64,000 nucleotides of DNA from assembly GCA_964016885.1 (NCBI GenBank), contig OZ024754.1, positions 34,968,001 to 35,032,000 on the forward strand, given 5' to 3'. The position numbers and the translations under genes are program-made. Shown piece after piece: positions 14,700-30,200 of this stretch. Below the pieces are notes generated by a model, which worked only from the letters and a program-made list of their open reading frames with translations, was not told the origin of the DNA and made no database searches. This DNA comes from Eledone cirrhosa (Eukaryota). Each line of letters opens with the position of its first letter. Position 1 is the first letter of the stretch.

Positions 14700-15790
14700 G
14701 AATGTAGATGAAGTGTATATAGAAAGAAACTAAAGAATGTTGATGAAGTGTATACAGAAAGAAACTAAAGAATGTTGATGAAGTGTATATAGAAATAAAC
14801 TAAAGAATGTAGATGAAGTGTATATAGAAAGAAACTAAAGAATGTAGATGAAGTGTATATAGAAAGAAACTAAAGAATGTAGATGAAGTGTATATAGAAA
14901 GAAACTAAAGAATGTAGATGAAGTGTATATAGAAAGAAACTAAAGAATGTAGATGATGTGTATATAGAAAGAAACTAAAGAATGTAGATGAAGTGTATAT
15001 AGAAAGAAACTAAAGAATGTTGATGAAGTGTCTACAGAAAGAAACTAAAGAATGTTGATGAAGTGTATACAGAAAGAAACTAAAGAATGTAGATGAAGTG
15101 TATATAGAAAGAAACTAAAGAATGTAGATTAAGTGTATATAGAAAGAAACTAAAGTATGTTGATGAAGTGTCTACAGAAAGAAACTAAAGAATGTTGATG
15201 AAGTGTGTACAGAAAGAAACTAAAGAATGTAGATGAAGTGTATATAGAAAGAAACTAAAGAATGTTGATGAAGTGTATACAGAAAGAAACTAAAGAATGT
15301 TGATGAAGTGTATATAGAAATAAACTAAAGAATGTAGATGAAGTGTATATAGAAAGAAACTAAAGAATGTAGATGAAGTGTATATAGAAAGAAACTAAAG
15401 AATGTAGATGAAGTGTATATAGAAAGAAACTAAAGAATGTAGATGAAGTGTATATAGAAAGAAACTAAAGAATGTAGATGATGTGTATATAGAAAGAAAC
15501 TAAAGAATGTAGATGAAGTGTATATAGAAAGAAACTAAAGAATGTTGATGAAGTGTCTACAGAAAGAAACTAAAGAATGTTGATGAAGTGTATACAGAAA
15601 GAAACTAAAGAATGTAGATGAAGTGTATATAGAAAGAAACTAAAGAATGTAGATTAAGTGTATATAGAAAGAAACTAAAGTATGTTGATGAAGTGTCTAC
15701 AGAAAGAAACTAAAGAATGTTGATGAAGTGTGTACAGAAAGAAACTAAAGAATGTAGATGAAGTGTATATAGAAAGAAACTAAAGAATGT
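14700..15790. repeat. Tandem duplication of a 15-monomer (525-bp) block
   Basis: AGAAATAAAC at 14791/15316, AGATGATGTG at 14951/15476 and AGATTAAG at 15126/15651; all offsets are 525 = 15x35. Confidence 0.9.
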
Positions 15791-18700
15791 GGATGAAGTG
15801 TATACAGAAAGAAACTAAAGAATGTTGATGAAGTGTCTACAGAAAGAAACTAAAGAATGTTGATGAAGTGTATACAGAAAGAAACTAAAGAATGTAGATG
15901 AAGTGTATATAGAAAGAAACTAAAGAATGTTGATGAAGTGCATATAGAAAGAAACTAAAGAATGTTGATGAAGTGTATACAGAAAGAAACTAAAGAATGT
16001 AGATGAAGTGTATATAGAAAGAAACTAAAGAATGTTGATGAAGTGTATACAGAAAGAAACTAAAGAATGTAGATGAAGTGTATATAGAAAGAAACTAAAG
16101 AATGTTGATGAAGTGTATATAGAAAGAAACTAAAGAATGTTGATGAAGTGTATACAGAAAGAAACTAAAGAATGTAGATGAAGTGTATATAGAAAGAAAC
16201 TAAAGAATGTAGATGAAGTGTATATAGAAAGAAACTAAAGAATGTTGATGAAGTGTCTACAGAAAGAAACTAAAGAATGTTGATGAAGTGTATATAGAAA
16301 GAAACTAAAGAATGTTGATGAAGTGTCTACAGAAAGAAACTAAAGAATGTTGATGAAGTGTCTACAGAAAGAAACTAAAGAATGTTGATGAAGTGTCTAC
16401 AGAAAGAAACTAAAGAATGTTGATGAAGTGTATATAGAAAGAAACTAAAGAATGTAGATGAAGTGTATACAGAAAGAAACTAAAGAATGTTGATGAAGTG
16501 TATATAGAAAGAAACTAAAGAATGTAGATGAAGTGTATATAGAAAGAAACTAAAGAACGTTGATGAAGTGTATACAGAATGAAACTAAAGAATGTTGATG
16601 AAGTGTATATAGAAAGAAACTAAAGAATGTTGATGAAGTGTATACAGAAAGAAACTAAAGAATGTAGATGAAGTGTATACAGAAAGAAACTAAAGAATGT
16701 TGATGAAGTGTATACAGAAAGAAACTAAAGAATGTAGATGAAGTGTATATAGAAAGAAACTAAAGAATGTTGATGAAGTGTATACAGAATGAAACTAAAG
16801 AATGTAGATGAAGTGTATATAGAAAGAAACTAAAGAAAGTTGATGAAGTGTATATAGAAAGAATCTAAAGAATGTTGATGAAGTGTCTACAGAAAGAAAC
16901 TAAAGAATGTAGATGAAGTGTATATAGAAAGAAACTAAAGAATGTAGATGAAGTGTATATAGAAAGAAACTAAAGAATGTTGATGAAGTGTCTACAGAAA
17001 GAAACTAAAGAATGTTGATGAAGTGTATATAGAAAGAAACTAAAGGATGTTGATGAAGTGTCTACAGAAAGAAACTAAAGAATGTTGATGAAGTGTCTAC
17101 AGAAAGAAACTAAACAATGTTGATGAAGTGTATATAGAAAGAAACTAAAGAATGTTGATGAAGTGTCTACAGAAGGAAACTAAAGAATGTAGATGTAGTG
17201 TATACAGAAAGAAACTAAAGAATGTAGATGAAGTGTATACAGAAAGAAACTAAAGAATGTAGATGAAGTGTATACAGAAAGAAACTAAAGAATGTTGATG
17301 AAGTGTATACAGAAAGAAACTAAAGAATGTAGATGAAGTGTATATAGAAAGAAACTAAAGAATGTTGATGAAGTGTATACAGAAAGAAACTAAACAATGT
17401 TGATGAAGTGTATATAGAAAGAAACTAAAGAATGTTGATGAAGTGTATATAGAAAGAAACTAAAGAATGTAGATGAAGTGTATACAGAAAGAAACTAAAG
17501 AATGTAGATGAAGTGTATACAGAAAGAAACTAAAGAATGTAGATGAAGTGTATACAGAAAGAAACTAAAGAATGTTGATGAAGTGTATATAGAAAGAAAC
17601 TAAAGAATGTTGATGAACTGTATACAGAATGAAACTAAAGAATGTTGATGAAGTGTATATAGAAAGAAACTAAAGAATGTAGATGAAGTGTATACAGAAT
17701 GAAACTAAAGAATGTTGATGAAGTGTATATAGAAAGAAACTAAAGAATGTAGATGAAGTGTATACAGAAAGAATCTAAATAATGTTGATGAAGTGTATAT
17801 AGAAAAAAACTAAAGAATGTCGATGAAGTGTATACAGAAAAAAACTAAAGAATGTAGATGAAGTCTATATAGAAAGAAACTAAAGAATGTTGATGAAGTG
17901 TATATAGAAAGAAACTAAAGAATGTAAATGAAGTGTATATAGAAAGAAACTAAAGAATGTTGATGAAGTGTATACAGAATGAAACTAAAGAATGTAGATG
18001 AAGTGTATATAGAAAGAAACTAAAGAATGTTGATGAAGTGTATACAGAAAGAAACTAAAGAATGTAGATGAAGTGTATATAGAAAGAAACTAAAGAATGT
18101 TGATGAAGTGTATACAGAATGAAACTAAAGAATGTAGATGAAGTGTCTATAGAATGAAACTAAAGAATGTTGATGAAGTGTATACAGAAAGAAACTAAAG
18201 AATGTAGATGAAGTGTATATAGAAAGAAACTAAAGAATGTAGATGTAGTGTATACAGAAAGAAACTAAAGAATGTAGATGAAGTGTATACAGAAAGAAAC
18301 TAAAGAATGTAGATGAAGTGTATATAGAAAGAAACTAAAGAATGTTGATGAAGTGTATATAGAAAGAAACTAAAGAATGTTGATGAAGTGTCTACAGAAA
18401 GAAACTAAAGAATGTAGATGAAGTGTATATAGAAAGAAACTAAAGAATGTAGATGAAGTGTATATAGAAAGAAACTAAAGAATGTTGATGAAGTGTCTAC
18501 AGAAAGAAACTAAAGAATGTTGATGAAGTGTATATAGAAAGAAACTAAAGAATGTTGATGAAGTGTCTACAGAAAGAAACTAAAGAATGTAGATGAAGTG
18601 TATATAGAAAGAAACTAAAGAATGTTGATGAAGTGTCTACAGAAAGAAACTAAAGAATGTAGATGAAGTGTATATAGAAAGAAACTAAAGAATGTTGATG
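15400..18700. repeat. Fourth, non-adjacent copy of the ~3.2-kb higher-order block seen at 1-8950
   Basis: Same ordered marker series (GATGAT, GATTAA, AAGTATG, GTGTAC, GTGGAT, GCATAT, AACGTT, GAAAGTT, GAAGG/GATGTAG, AAACAAT, GAACTG, GAATCTAAATA). The C of AACGTT is at 16558, 9660 bp (276 units) after 6898. Confidence 0.85.
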
Positions 18701-21700
18701 AAGTGTCTACAGAAAGAAACTAAAGAATGTTGATGAAGTGTATATAGAAAGAAACTAAAGAATGTTGATGAAGTGTATACAGAATGAAACTAAAGAATGT
18801 AGATGAAGTGTCTATAGAATGAAACTAAAGAATGTTGATGAAGTGTATACAGAAAGAAACTAAAGAATGTAGATGAAGTGTATACAGAAAGAAACTAAAG
18901 AATGTAGATGAAGTGTATATAGAAAGAAACTAAAGAATGTTGATGAAGTGTATATAGAAAGAAACTAAAGAATGTTGATGAAGTGTCTACAGAAAGAAAC
19001 TAAAGAATGTAGATGAAGTGTATATAGAAAGAAACTAAAGAATGTAGATGAAGTGTATATAGAAAGAAACTAAAGAATGTTGATGAAGTGTCTACAGAAA
19101 GAAACTAAAGAATGTTGATGAAGTGTATATAGAAAGAAACTAAAGAATGTTGATGAAGTGTCTACAGAAAGAAACTAAAGAATTTTGATGAAGTGTATAT
19201 AGAAAGAAACTAAAGAATGTTGATGAAGTGTCTACAGAAAGAAACTAAAGAATGTAGATGAAGTGTATATAGAAAGAAACTAAAGAATGTTGATGAAGTG
19301 TCTACAGAAAGAAACTAAAGAATGTTGATGAACTGTATATAGAAAGAAACTAAAGAATATTGATGAAGTGTCTACAGAAAGAAACTAAAGAATGTAGATG
19401 AAGTGTATATAGAAAGAAACTAAAGAATGTTGATGAAGTGTCTACAGAAAGAAACTAAAGAATGTAGATGAAGTGTATATAGAAAGAAACTAAAGAATGT
19501 TGATGAAGTGTCTACAGAAAGAAACTAAAGAATGTTGATGAAGTGTATATAGAAAGAAACTAAAGAATGTTGATGAAGTGTCTACAGAAAGAAACTAAAG
19601 AATGTAGATGAAGTGTATATAGAAAGAAACTAAAGAATGTTGATGAAGTGTCTACAGAAAGAAACTAAAGAATGTAGATGAAGTGTATATAGAAAGAAAC
19701 TAAAGAATGTTGATGAAGTGTCTACAGAAAGAAACTAAAGAATGTAGATGAAGTGTATATAGAAAGAAACTAAAGAATGTTGATGAAGTGTCTACAGAAA
19801 GAAACTAAAGAATGTTGATGAAGTGTCTACAGAAAGAAACTAAAGAATGTTGATGAAGTGTATACAGAATGAAACTAAAGAATGTAGATGAAGTGTATAC
19901 AGAAAGAAACTAAAGAACGTAGATGAAGTGTATACAGAAAGAAACTAAAGAATGTTGATGAAGTCTATATAGAAAGAAACTAAAGAATGTAGATGAAGTG
20001 TATACAGAAAGAAACTAAAGAATGTTGATGAAGTGTATACAGAAAGAAACTAAAGAATGTTGATGAAGTGTATATAGAAATAAACTAAAGAATGTAGATG
20101 AAGTGTATATAGAAAGAAACTAAAGAATGTAGATGAAGTGTATATAGAAAGAAACTAAAGAATGTAGATGAAGTGTATATAGAAAGAAACTAAAGAATGT
20201 AGATGAAGTGTATATAGAAAGAAACTAAAGAATGTTGATGAAGTGTATACAGAAAGAAACTAAAGAATGTAGATGAAGTGTATATAGAAAGAAACTAAAG
20301 AATGTTGATGAAGTGTATACAGAAAGAAACTAAAGAATGTAGATGAAGTGTATATAGAAAGAAACTAAAGAATGTTGATGAAGTGTATACAGAATGAAAC
20401 TAAAGAATGTAGATGAAGTGTCTATAGAATGAAACTAAAGAATGTTGATGAAGTGTATACAGAAAGAAACTAAAGAATGTAGATGAAGTGTATATAGAAA
20501 GAAACTAAAGAATGTAGATGTAGTGTATACAGAAAGAAACTAAAGAATGTAGATGAAGTGTATACAGAAAGAAACTAAAGAATGTTGATGAAGTGTATAC
20601 AGAAAGAAACTAAAGAATGTAGATGAAGTGTATATAGAAAGAAACTAAAGAATGTAGATGAAGTGTATACAGAAAGAAACTAAAGAATGTTGATGAAGTG
20701 TATACAGAAAGAAACTAAAGAATGTTGATGAAGTGTATATAGAAAGAAACTAAAGAATGTAGATGAAGTGTATACAGAAAGAAACTAAAGAATGTTGATG
20801 AAGTGTATACAGAAAGAAACTAAAGAATGTTGATGAAGTGTATATAGAAAGAAACTAAAGAATGTTGATGAAGTGTCTACAGAAAGAAACTAAAGAATGT
20901 TGATGAAGTGTATATAGAAAGAAACTAAAGAATGTTGATGAAGTGTCTACAGAAAGAAACTAAAGAATGTTGATGAAGTGTATATAGAAAGAAACTAAAG
21001 AATGTTGATGAAGTGTCTACAGAAGGAAACTAAAGAATGTAGATGTAGTGTATACAGAAAGAAACTAAAGAATGTAGATGAAGTGTATACAGAAAGAAAC
21101 TAAAGAATGTTGATGAAGTGTATACAGAAAGAAACTAAAGAATGTTGATGAAGTGTATACAGAAAGAAACTAAACAATGTTGATGAAGTGTATATAGAAA
21201 GAAACTAAAGAATGTTGATGAAGTGTATATAGAAAGAAACTAAAGAATGTAGATGAAGTGTATACAGAAAGAAACTAAAGAATGTAGATGAAGTGTATAC
21301 AGAAAGAAACTAAAGAATGTAGATGAAGTGTATACAGAAAGAAACTAAAGAATGTAGATGAAGTGTATATAGAAAGAAACTAAAGAATGTTGATGAACTG
21401 TATACAGAATGAAACTAAAGAATGTTGATGAAGTGTATATAGAAAGAAACTAAAGAATGTAGATGAAGTGTATACAGAAAGAAACTAAAGAATGTAGATG
21501 AAGTGTATACAGAAAGAAACTAAAGAATGTTGATGAAGTGTATATAGAAAGAAACTAAAGAATGTTGATGAAGTGTCTACAGAAAGAAACTAAAGAATGT
21601 AGATGAAGTGTATATAGAAAGAAACGAAAGAATGTAGATGAAGTGTATATAGAAAGAAACTAAAGAATGTTGATGAAGTGTCTACAGAAAGAAACTAAAG

Positions 21701-24299
21701 AATGTTGATGAAGTGTATATAGAAAGAAACTAAAGAATGTTGATGAAGTGTCTACAGAAAGAAACTAAAGAATGTTGATGAAGTGTATATAGAAAGAAAC
21801 TAAAGAATGTTGATGAAGTGTCTACAGAAAAAAACTAAAGAATGTAGATGAAGTGTATATAGAAAGAAACTAAAGAATGTTGATGAAGTGTCTACAGAAA
21901 GAAACTAAAGAATGTTGATGAAGTGTATATAGAAAGAAACTAAAGAATGTTGATGAAGTGTCTACAGAAAGAAACTAAAGAATGTAGATGAAGTGTATAT
22001 AGAAAGAAACTAAAGAATGTTGATGAAGTGTCTACAGAAAGAAACTAAAGAATGTAGATGAAGTGTATATAGAAAGAAACTAAAGAATGTTGATGAAGTG
22101 TCTACAGAAAGAAACTAAAGAATGTTGATGAAGTGTATATAGAAAGAAACTAAAGAATGTTGATGAAGTGTCTACAGAAAGAAACTAAAGAATGTAGATG
22201 AAGTGTATATAGAAAGAAACTAAAGAATGTTGATGAAGTGTCTACAGAAAGAAACTAAAGAATGTAGATGAAGTGTATATAGAAAGAAACTAAAGAATGT
22301 TGATGAAGTGTCTACAGAAAGAAAGTAAAGAATGTTGATGAAGTGTATATAGAAAGAAACTAAAGAATGTTGATGAAGTGTATACAGAAAGAAACTAAAG
22401 AATGTTGATGAAGTGTATATAGAAATAAACTAAAGAATGTAGATGAAGTGTATATAGAAAGAAACTAAAGAATGTAGATGAAGTGTATATAGAAAGAAAC
22501 TAAAGAATGTAGATGAAGTGTATATAGAAAGAAACTAAAGAATGTAGATGAAGTGTATATAGAAAGAAACTAAAGAATGTAGATGAAGTGTATATAGAAA
22601 GAAACTAAAGAATGTTGATGAAGTGTATATAGAAAGAAACTAAAGAATGTTGATGAAGTGTCTACAGAAAGAAACTAAAGAATGTTGATGAAGTGTATAC
22701 AGAAAGAAACTAAAGAATGTTGATGAAGTGTATATAGAAATAAACTAAAGAATGTAGATGAAGTGTATATAGAATGAAACTAAAGAATGTAGATGAAGTG
22801 TATATAGAAAGAAACTAAAGTATGTTGATGAAGTGTCTACATAAAGAAACTAAAGAATGTTGATGAAGTGTATACAGAAAGAAACTAAAGAATGTAGATA
22901 AAGTGTATATAGAAAGAAACTAAAGAATGTTGATGAAGTGTATACAGAAAGAAACTAAAGAATGTTGATGAAGTGTCTACAGAAAGAAACTAAAGAATGT
23001 TGATGAAGTGTATACAGAAAGAAACTAAAGAATGTAGATGAAGTGTATATAGAAAGAAACTAAAGAATGTAGATGAAGTGTATACAGAAAGAAACTAAAG
23101 AATGTTGATGAAGTGTATACAGAAAGAAACTAAAGAATGTTGATGAAGTGTATATAGAAAGAAACTAAAGAATGTAGATGAAGTGTATACAGAAAGAAAC
23201 TAAAGAATGTTGATGAAGTGTATACAGAAAGAAACTAAAGAATGTTGATGAAGTGTATATAGAAAGAAACTAAAGAATGTTGATGAAGTGTCTACAGAAA
23301 GAAACTAAAGAATGTTGATGAAGTGTATATAGAAAGAAACTAAAGAATGTTGATGAAGTGTCTACAGAAAGAAACTAAAGAATGTTGATGAAGTGTATAT
23401 AGAAAGAAACTAAAGAATGTTGATGAAGTGTCTACAGAAGGAAACTAAAGAATGTAGATGTAGTGTATACAGAAAGAAACTAAAGAATGTAGATGAAGTG
23501 TATACAGAAAGAAACTAAAGAATGTTGATGAAGTGTATACAGAAAGAAACTAAAGAATGTTGATGAAGTGTATACAGAAAGAAACTAAACAATGTTGATG
23601 AAGTGTATATAGAAAGAAACTAAAGAATGTTGATGAAGTGTATATAGAAAGAAACTAAAGAATGTAGATGAAGTGTATACAGAAAGAAACTAAAGAATGT
23701 AGATGAAGTGTATACAGAAAGAAACTAAAGAATGTAGATGAAGTGTATACAGAAAGAAACTAAAGAATGTAGATGAAGTGTATATAGAAAGAAACTAAAG
23801 AATGTTGATGAACTGTATACAGAATGAAACTAAAGAATGTTGATGAAGTGTATATAGAAAGAAACTAAAGAATGTAGATGAAGTGTATACAGAATGAAAC
23901 TAAAGAATGTTGATGAAGTGTATATAGAAAGAAACTAAAGAATGTAGATGAAGTGTATACAGAAAGAATCTAAATAATGTTGATGAAGTGTATATAGAAA
24001 AAAACTAAAGAATGTTGATGAAGTGTATACAGAAAGAAACTAAAGAATGTAGATGAAGTCTATATAGAAAGAAACTAAAGAATGTTGATGAAGTGTATAT
24101 AGAAAGAAACTAAAGAATGTAAATGAAGTGTATATAGAAAGAAACTAAAGAATGTTGATGATGTGTATACAGAATGAAACTAAAGAATGTAGATGAAGTG
24201 TATATAGAAAGAAACTAAAGAATGTTGATGAAGTGTATACAGAAAGAAACTAAAGAATGTAGATGAAGTGTATATAGAAATAAACTAAAGAATGTTGAT

Positions 24300-27200
24300 G
24301 AAGTGTATACAGAATGAAACTAAAGAATGTAGATGAAGTGTATACAGAAAGAAACTAAAGAATGTAGATGAAGTGTATATAGAAAGAAACTAAAGAATGT
24401 TGATGAAGTGTATATAGAAAGAAACTAAAGAATGTTGATGAAGTGTCTACAGAAAGAAACTAAAGAATGTAGATGAAGTGTATATAGAAAGAAACTAAAG
24501 AATGTAGATGAAGTGTATATAGAAAGAAACTAAAGAATGTTGATGAAGTGTCTACAGAAAGAAACTAAAGAATGTTGATGAAGTGTATATAGAAAGAAAC
24601 TAAAGAATGTTGATGAAGTGTATACAGAATGAAACTAAAGAATGTAGATGAAGTGTCTATAGAATGAAACTAAAGAATGTTGATGAAGTGTATACAGAAA
24701 GAAACTAAAGAATGTAGATGAAGTGTATATAGAAAGAAACTAAAGAATGTAGATGTAGTGTATACAGAAAGAAACTAAAGAATGTAGATGAAGTGTATAC
24801 AGAAAGAAACTAAAGAATGTAGATGAAGTGTATATAGAAAGAAACTAAAAATGTTGATGAAGTGTATATAGAAAGAAACTAAAGAATGTTGATGAAGTGT
24901 CTACAGAAAGAAACTAAAGAATGTAGATGAAGTGTATATAGAAAGAAACTAAAGAATGTAGATGAAGTGTATATAGAAAGAAACTAAAGAATGTTGATGA
25001 ACTGTCTAAAGAAAGAAACTAAAGAATGTTGATGAAGTGTATATAGAAAGAAACTAAAGAATGTTGATGAAGTGTCTACAGAAAGAAACTAAAGAATGTT
25101 GATGAAGTGTATATAGAAAGAAACTAAAGAATGTTGATGAAGTGTCTACAGAAAGAAACTAAAGAATGTAGATGAAGTGTATATAGAAAGAAACTAAAGA
25201 ATGTTGATGAAGTGTCTACAGAAAGAAACTAAAGAATGTTGATGAAGTGTATATAGAAAGAAACTAAAGAATGTTGATGAAGTGTCTACAGAAAGAAACT
25301 AAAGAATGTAGATGAAGTGTATATAGAAAGAAACTAAAGAATGTTGATGAAGTGTCTACAGAAAGAAACTAAAGAATGTAGATGAAGTGTATATAGAAAG
25401 AAACTAAAGAATGTTGATGAAGTGTCTACAGAAAGAAACTAAAGAATGTAGATGAAGTGTATATAGAAAGAAACTAAAGAATGTTGATGAAGTGTCTACA
25501 GAAAGAAACTAAAGAATGTAGATGAAGTGTATATAGAAAGAAACTAAAGAATGTTGATGAAGTGTCTACAGAAAGAAACTAAAGAATGTAGATGAAGTGT
25601 ATATAGAAAGAAACTAAAGAATGTTGATGAAGTGTCTACAGAAAGAAACTAAAGAATGTTGATGAAGTGTCTACAGAAAGAAACTAAAGAATGTTGATGA
25701 AGTGTATACAGAATGAAACTAAAGAATGTAGATGAAGTGTATACAGAAAGAAACTAAAGAACGTAGATGAAGTGTATACAGAAAGAAACTAAAGAATGTT
25801 GATGAAGTCTATATAGAAAGAAACTAAAGAATGTAGATGAAGTGTATATAGAAAGAAACTAAAGAATGTTGATGAAGTGTATACAGAAAGAAACTAAAGA
25901 ATGTTGATGAAGTGTATATAGAAATAAACTAAAGAATGTAGATGAAGTGTATATAGAAAGAAACTAAAGAATGTAGATGAAGTGTATATAGAAAGAAACT
26001 AAAGAATGTAGATGAAGTGTATATAGAAAGAAACTAAAGAATGTAGATGAAGTGTATATAGAAAGAAACTAAAGAATGTTGATGAAGTGTATACAGAAAG
26101 AAACTAAAGAATGTAGATGAAGTGTATATAGAAAGAAACTAAAGAATGTTGATGAAGTGTATACAGAAAGAAACTAAAGAATGTAGATGAAGTGTATATA
26201 GAAAGAAACTAAAGAATGTTGATGAAGTGTATACAGAATGAAACTAAATAATGTAGATGAAGTGTCTATAGAATGAAACTAAAGAATGTTGATGAAGTGT
26301 ATACAGAAAGAAACTAAAGAATGTAGATGAAGTGTATATAGAAAGAAACTAAAGAATGTAGATGTAGTGTATACAGAAAGAAACTAAAGAATGTAGATGA
26401 AGTGTATACAGAAAGAAACTAAAGAATGTAGATGAAGTGTATATAGAAAGAAACTAAAGAATGTTGATGAAGTGTATATAGAAAGAAACTAAAGAATGTT
26501 GATGAAGTGTCTACAGAAAGAAACTAAAGAATGTAGATGAAGTGTATATAGAAAGAAACGAAAGAATGTAGATGAAGTGTATATAGAAAGAAACTAAAGA
26601 ATGTTGATGAAGTGTCTACAGAAAGAAACTAAAGAATGTTGATGAAGTGTATATAGAAAGAAACTAAAGAATGTTGATGAAGTGTCTACAGAAAGAAACT
26701 AAAGAATGTTGATGAAGTGTATATAGAAAGAAACTAAAGAATGTTGATGAAGTGTCTACAGAAAGAAACTAAAGAATGTAGATGAAGTGTATATAGAAAG
26801 AAACTAAAGAATGTTGATGAAGTGTCTACAGAAAGAAACTAAAGAATGTTGATGAAGTGTATATAGAAAGAAACTAAAGAATGTTGATGAAGTGTCTACA
26901 GAAAGAAACTAAAGAATGTAGATGAAGTGTATATAGAAAGAAACTAAAGAATGTTGATGAAGTGTCTACAGAAAGAAACTAAAGAATGTAGGTGAAGTGT
27001 ATATAGAAAGAAACTAAAGAATGTTGATGAAGTGTCTACAGAAAGAAACTAAAGAATGTTGATGAAGTGTATATAGAAAGAAACTAAAGAATGTTGATGA
27101 AGTGTCTACAGAAAGAAACTAAAGAATGTAGATGAAGTGTATATAGAAAGAAACTAAAGAATGTTGATGAAGTGTCTACAGAAAGAAACTAAAGAATGTA

Positions 27201-30200
27201 GATGAAGTGTATATAGAAAGAAACTAAAGAATGTTGATGAAGTGTCTACAGAAAGAAACTAAAGAATGTTGATGAAGTGTATATAGAAAGAAACTAAAGA
27301 ATGTTGATGAAGTGTCTACAGAAAGAAACTAAAGAATGTTGATGAAGTGTCTACAGAAAGAAACTAAAGAATGTTGATGAAGTGTATACAGAATGAAACT
27401 AAAGAATGTAGATGAAGTTTATACAGAAAGAAACTAAAGAACGTAGATGAAGTGTATACAGAAAGAAACTAAAGAATGTTGATGAAGTCTATATAGAAAG
27501 AAACTAAAGAATGTAGATGAAGTGTATATAGAAAGAAACTAAAGAATGTTGATGAAGTGTATACAGAAAGAAACTAAAGAATGTTGATGAAGTGTATATA
27601 GAAATAAACTAAAGAATGTAGATGAAGTGTATATAGAAAGAAACTAAAGAATGTAGATGAAGTGTATATAGAAAGAAACTAAAGAATGTAGATGAAGTGT
27701 ATATAGAAAGAAACTAAAGAATGTAGATGAAGTGTATATAGAAAGAAACTAAAGAATGTAGATGAAGTGTATATAGAAAGAAACTAAAGAATGTTGATGA
27801 AGTGTATATAGAAAGAAACTAAAGAATGTTGATGAAGTGTCTACAGAAAGAAACTAAAGAATGTTGATGAAGTGTATACAGAAAAAAACTAAAGAATGTA
27901 GATGAAGTGTATATAGAAAGAAACTAAAGAATGTAGATGAAGTGTATATAGAAAGAAACTAAAGTATGTTGATGAAGTGTCTACAGAAAGAAACTAAAGA
28001 ATGTTGATGAAGTGTATACAGAAAGAAACTAAAGAATGTAGATGAAGTGTATATAGAAAGAAACTAAAGAATGTTGATGAAGTGTATACAGAAAGAAACT
28101 AAAGAATGTTGATGAAGTGTCTACAGAAAGAAACTAAAGAATGTTGATGAAGTGTATACAGAAAGAAACTAAAGAATGTAGATGAAGTGTATATAGAAAG
28201 AAACTAAAGAATGTAGATGAAGTGTATACAGAAAGAAACTAAAGAATGTTGATGAAGTGTATACAGAAAGAAACTAAAGAATGTTGATGAAGTGTATATA
28301 GAAAGAAACTAAAGAATGTAGATGAAGTGTATACAGAAAGAAACTAAAGAATGTTGATGAAGTGTATACAGAAAGAAACTAAAGAATGTTGATGAAGTGT
28401 CTACAGAAAGAAACTAAAGAATGTAGATGAAGTGTATATAGAAAGAAACTAAAGAATGTAGATGAAGTGTATACAGAAAGAAACTAAAGAATGTTGATGA
28501 AGTGTATACAGAAAGAAACTAAAGAATGTTGATGAAGTGTATACAGAAAGAAACTAAAGAATGTTGAGGAAGTGTATATAGAAAGAAACTAAAGAATGTA
28601 GATGAAGTGTATATAGAAAGAAACTAAAGAATGTAGATGAAGTGTATATAGAAAGAAACTAAAGAATGTTGATGAAGTGTATACAGAAAGAAACTAAAGA
28701 ATGTAGATGAAGTCTATATAGAAAGAAACTAAAGAATGTTGATGAAGTGTATATAGAAAGAAACTAAAGAATGTAAATGAAGTGTATATAGAAAGAAACT
28801 AAAGAATGTTGATGAAGTGTATACAGAATGAAACTAAAGAATGTAGATGAAGTGTATATAGAAAGAAACTAAAGAATGTTGATGAAGTGTATACAGAAAG
28901 AAACTAAAGAATGTAGATGAAGTGTATATAGAAAGAAACTAAAGAATGTTGATGAAGTGTATACAGAATGAAACTAAAGAATGTAGATGAAGTGTATACA
29001 GAAAGAAACTAAAGAATGTAGATGAAGTGTATATAGAAAGAAACTAAAGAATGTTGATGAAGTGTATATAGAAAGAAACTAAAGAATGTTGATGAAGTGT
29101 CTACAGAAAGAAACTAAAGAATGTAGATGAAGTGTATATAGAAAGAAACTAAAGAATGTAGATGAAGTGTATATAGAAAGAAACTAAAGAATGTTGATGA
29201 AGTGTCTACAGAAAGAAACTAAAGAATGTTGATGAAGTGTATATAGAAAGAAACTAAAGAATGTTGATGAAGTGTCTACAGAAAGAAACTAAAGAATGTA
29301 GATGAAGTGTATATAGAAAGAAACTAAAGAATGTTGATGAAGTGTCTACAGAAAGAAACTAAAGAATGTAGATGAAGTGTATATAGAAAGAAACTAAAGA
29401 ATGTTGATGAAGTGTCTACAGAAAGAAACTAAAGAATGTTGATGAAGTGTATATAGAAAGAAACTAAAGAATGTTGATGAAGTGTATACAGAATGAAACT
29501 AAAGAATGTAGATGAAGTGTCTATAGAATGAAACTAAAGAATGTTGATGAAGTGTATACAGAAAGAAACTAAAGAATGTAGATGAAGTGTATATAGAAAG
29601 AAACTAAAGAATGTAGATGTAGTGTATACAGAAAGAAACTAAAGAATGTAGATGAAGTGTATACAGAAAGAAACTAAAGAATGTAGATGAAGTGTATATA
29701 GAAAGAAACTAAAGAATGTTGATGAAGTGTATATAGAAAGAAACTAAAGAATGTTGATGAAGTGTCTACAGAAAGAAACTAAAGAATGTAGATGAAGTGT
29801 ATATAGAAAGAAACTAAAGAATGTAGATGAAGTGTATATAGAAAGAAACTAAAGAATGTTGATGAACTGTCTAAAGAAAGAAACTAAAGAATGTTGATGA
29901 AGTGTATATAGAAAGAAACTAAAGAATGTTGATGAAGTGTCTACAGAAAGAAACTAAAGAATGTTGATGAAGTGTATATAGAAAGAAACTAAAGAATGTT
30001 GATGAAGTGTCTACAGAAAGGAACTAAAGAATGTAGATGAAGTGTATATAGAAAGAAACTAAAGAATGTTGATGAAGTGTCTACAGAAAGAAACTAAAGA
30101 ATGTTGATGAAGTGTATATAGAAAGAAACTAAAGAATGTTGATGAAGTGTCTACAGAAAGAAACTAAAGAATGTAGATGAAGTGTATATAGAAAGAAACT

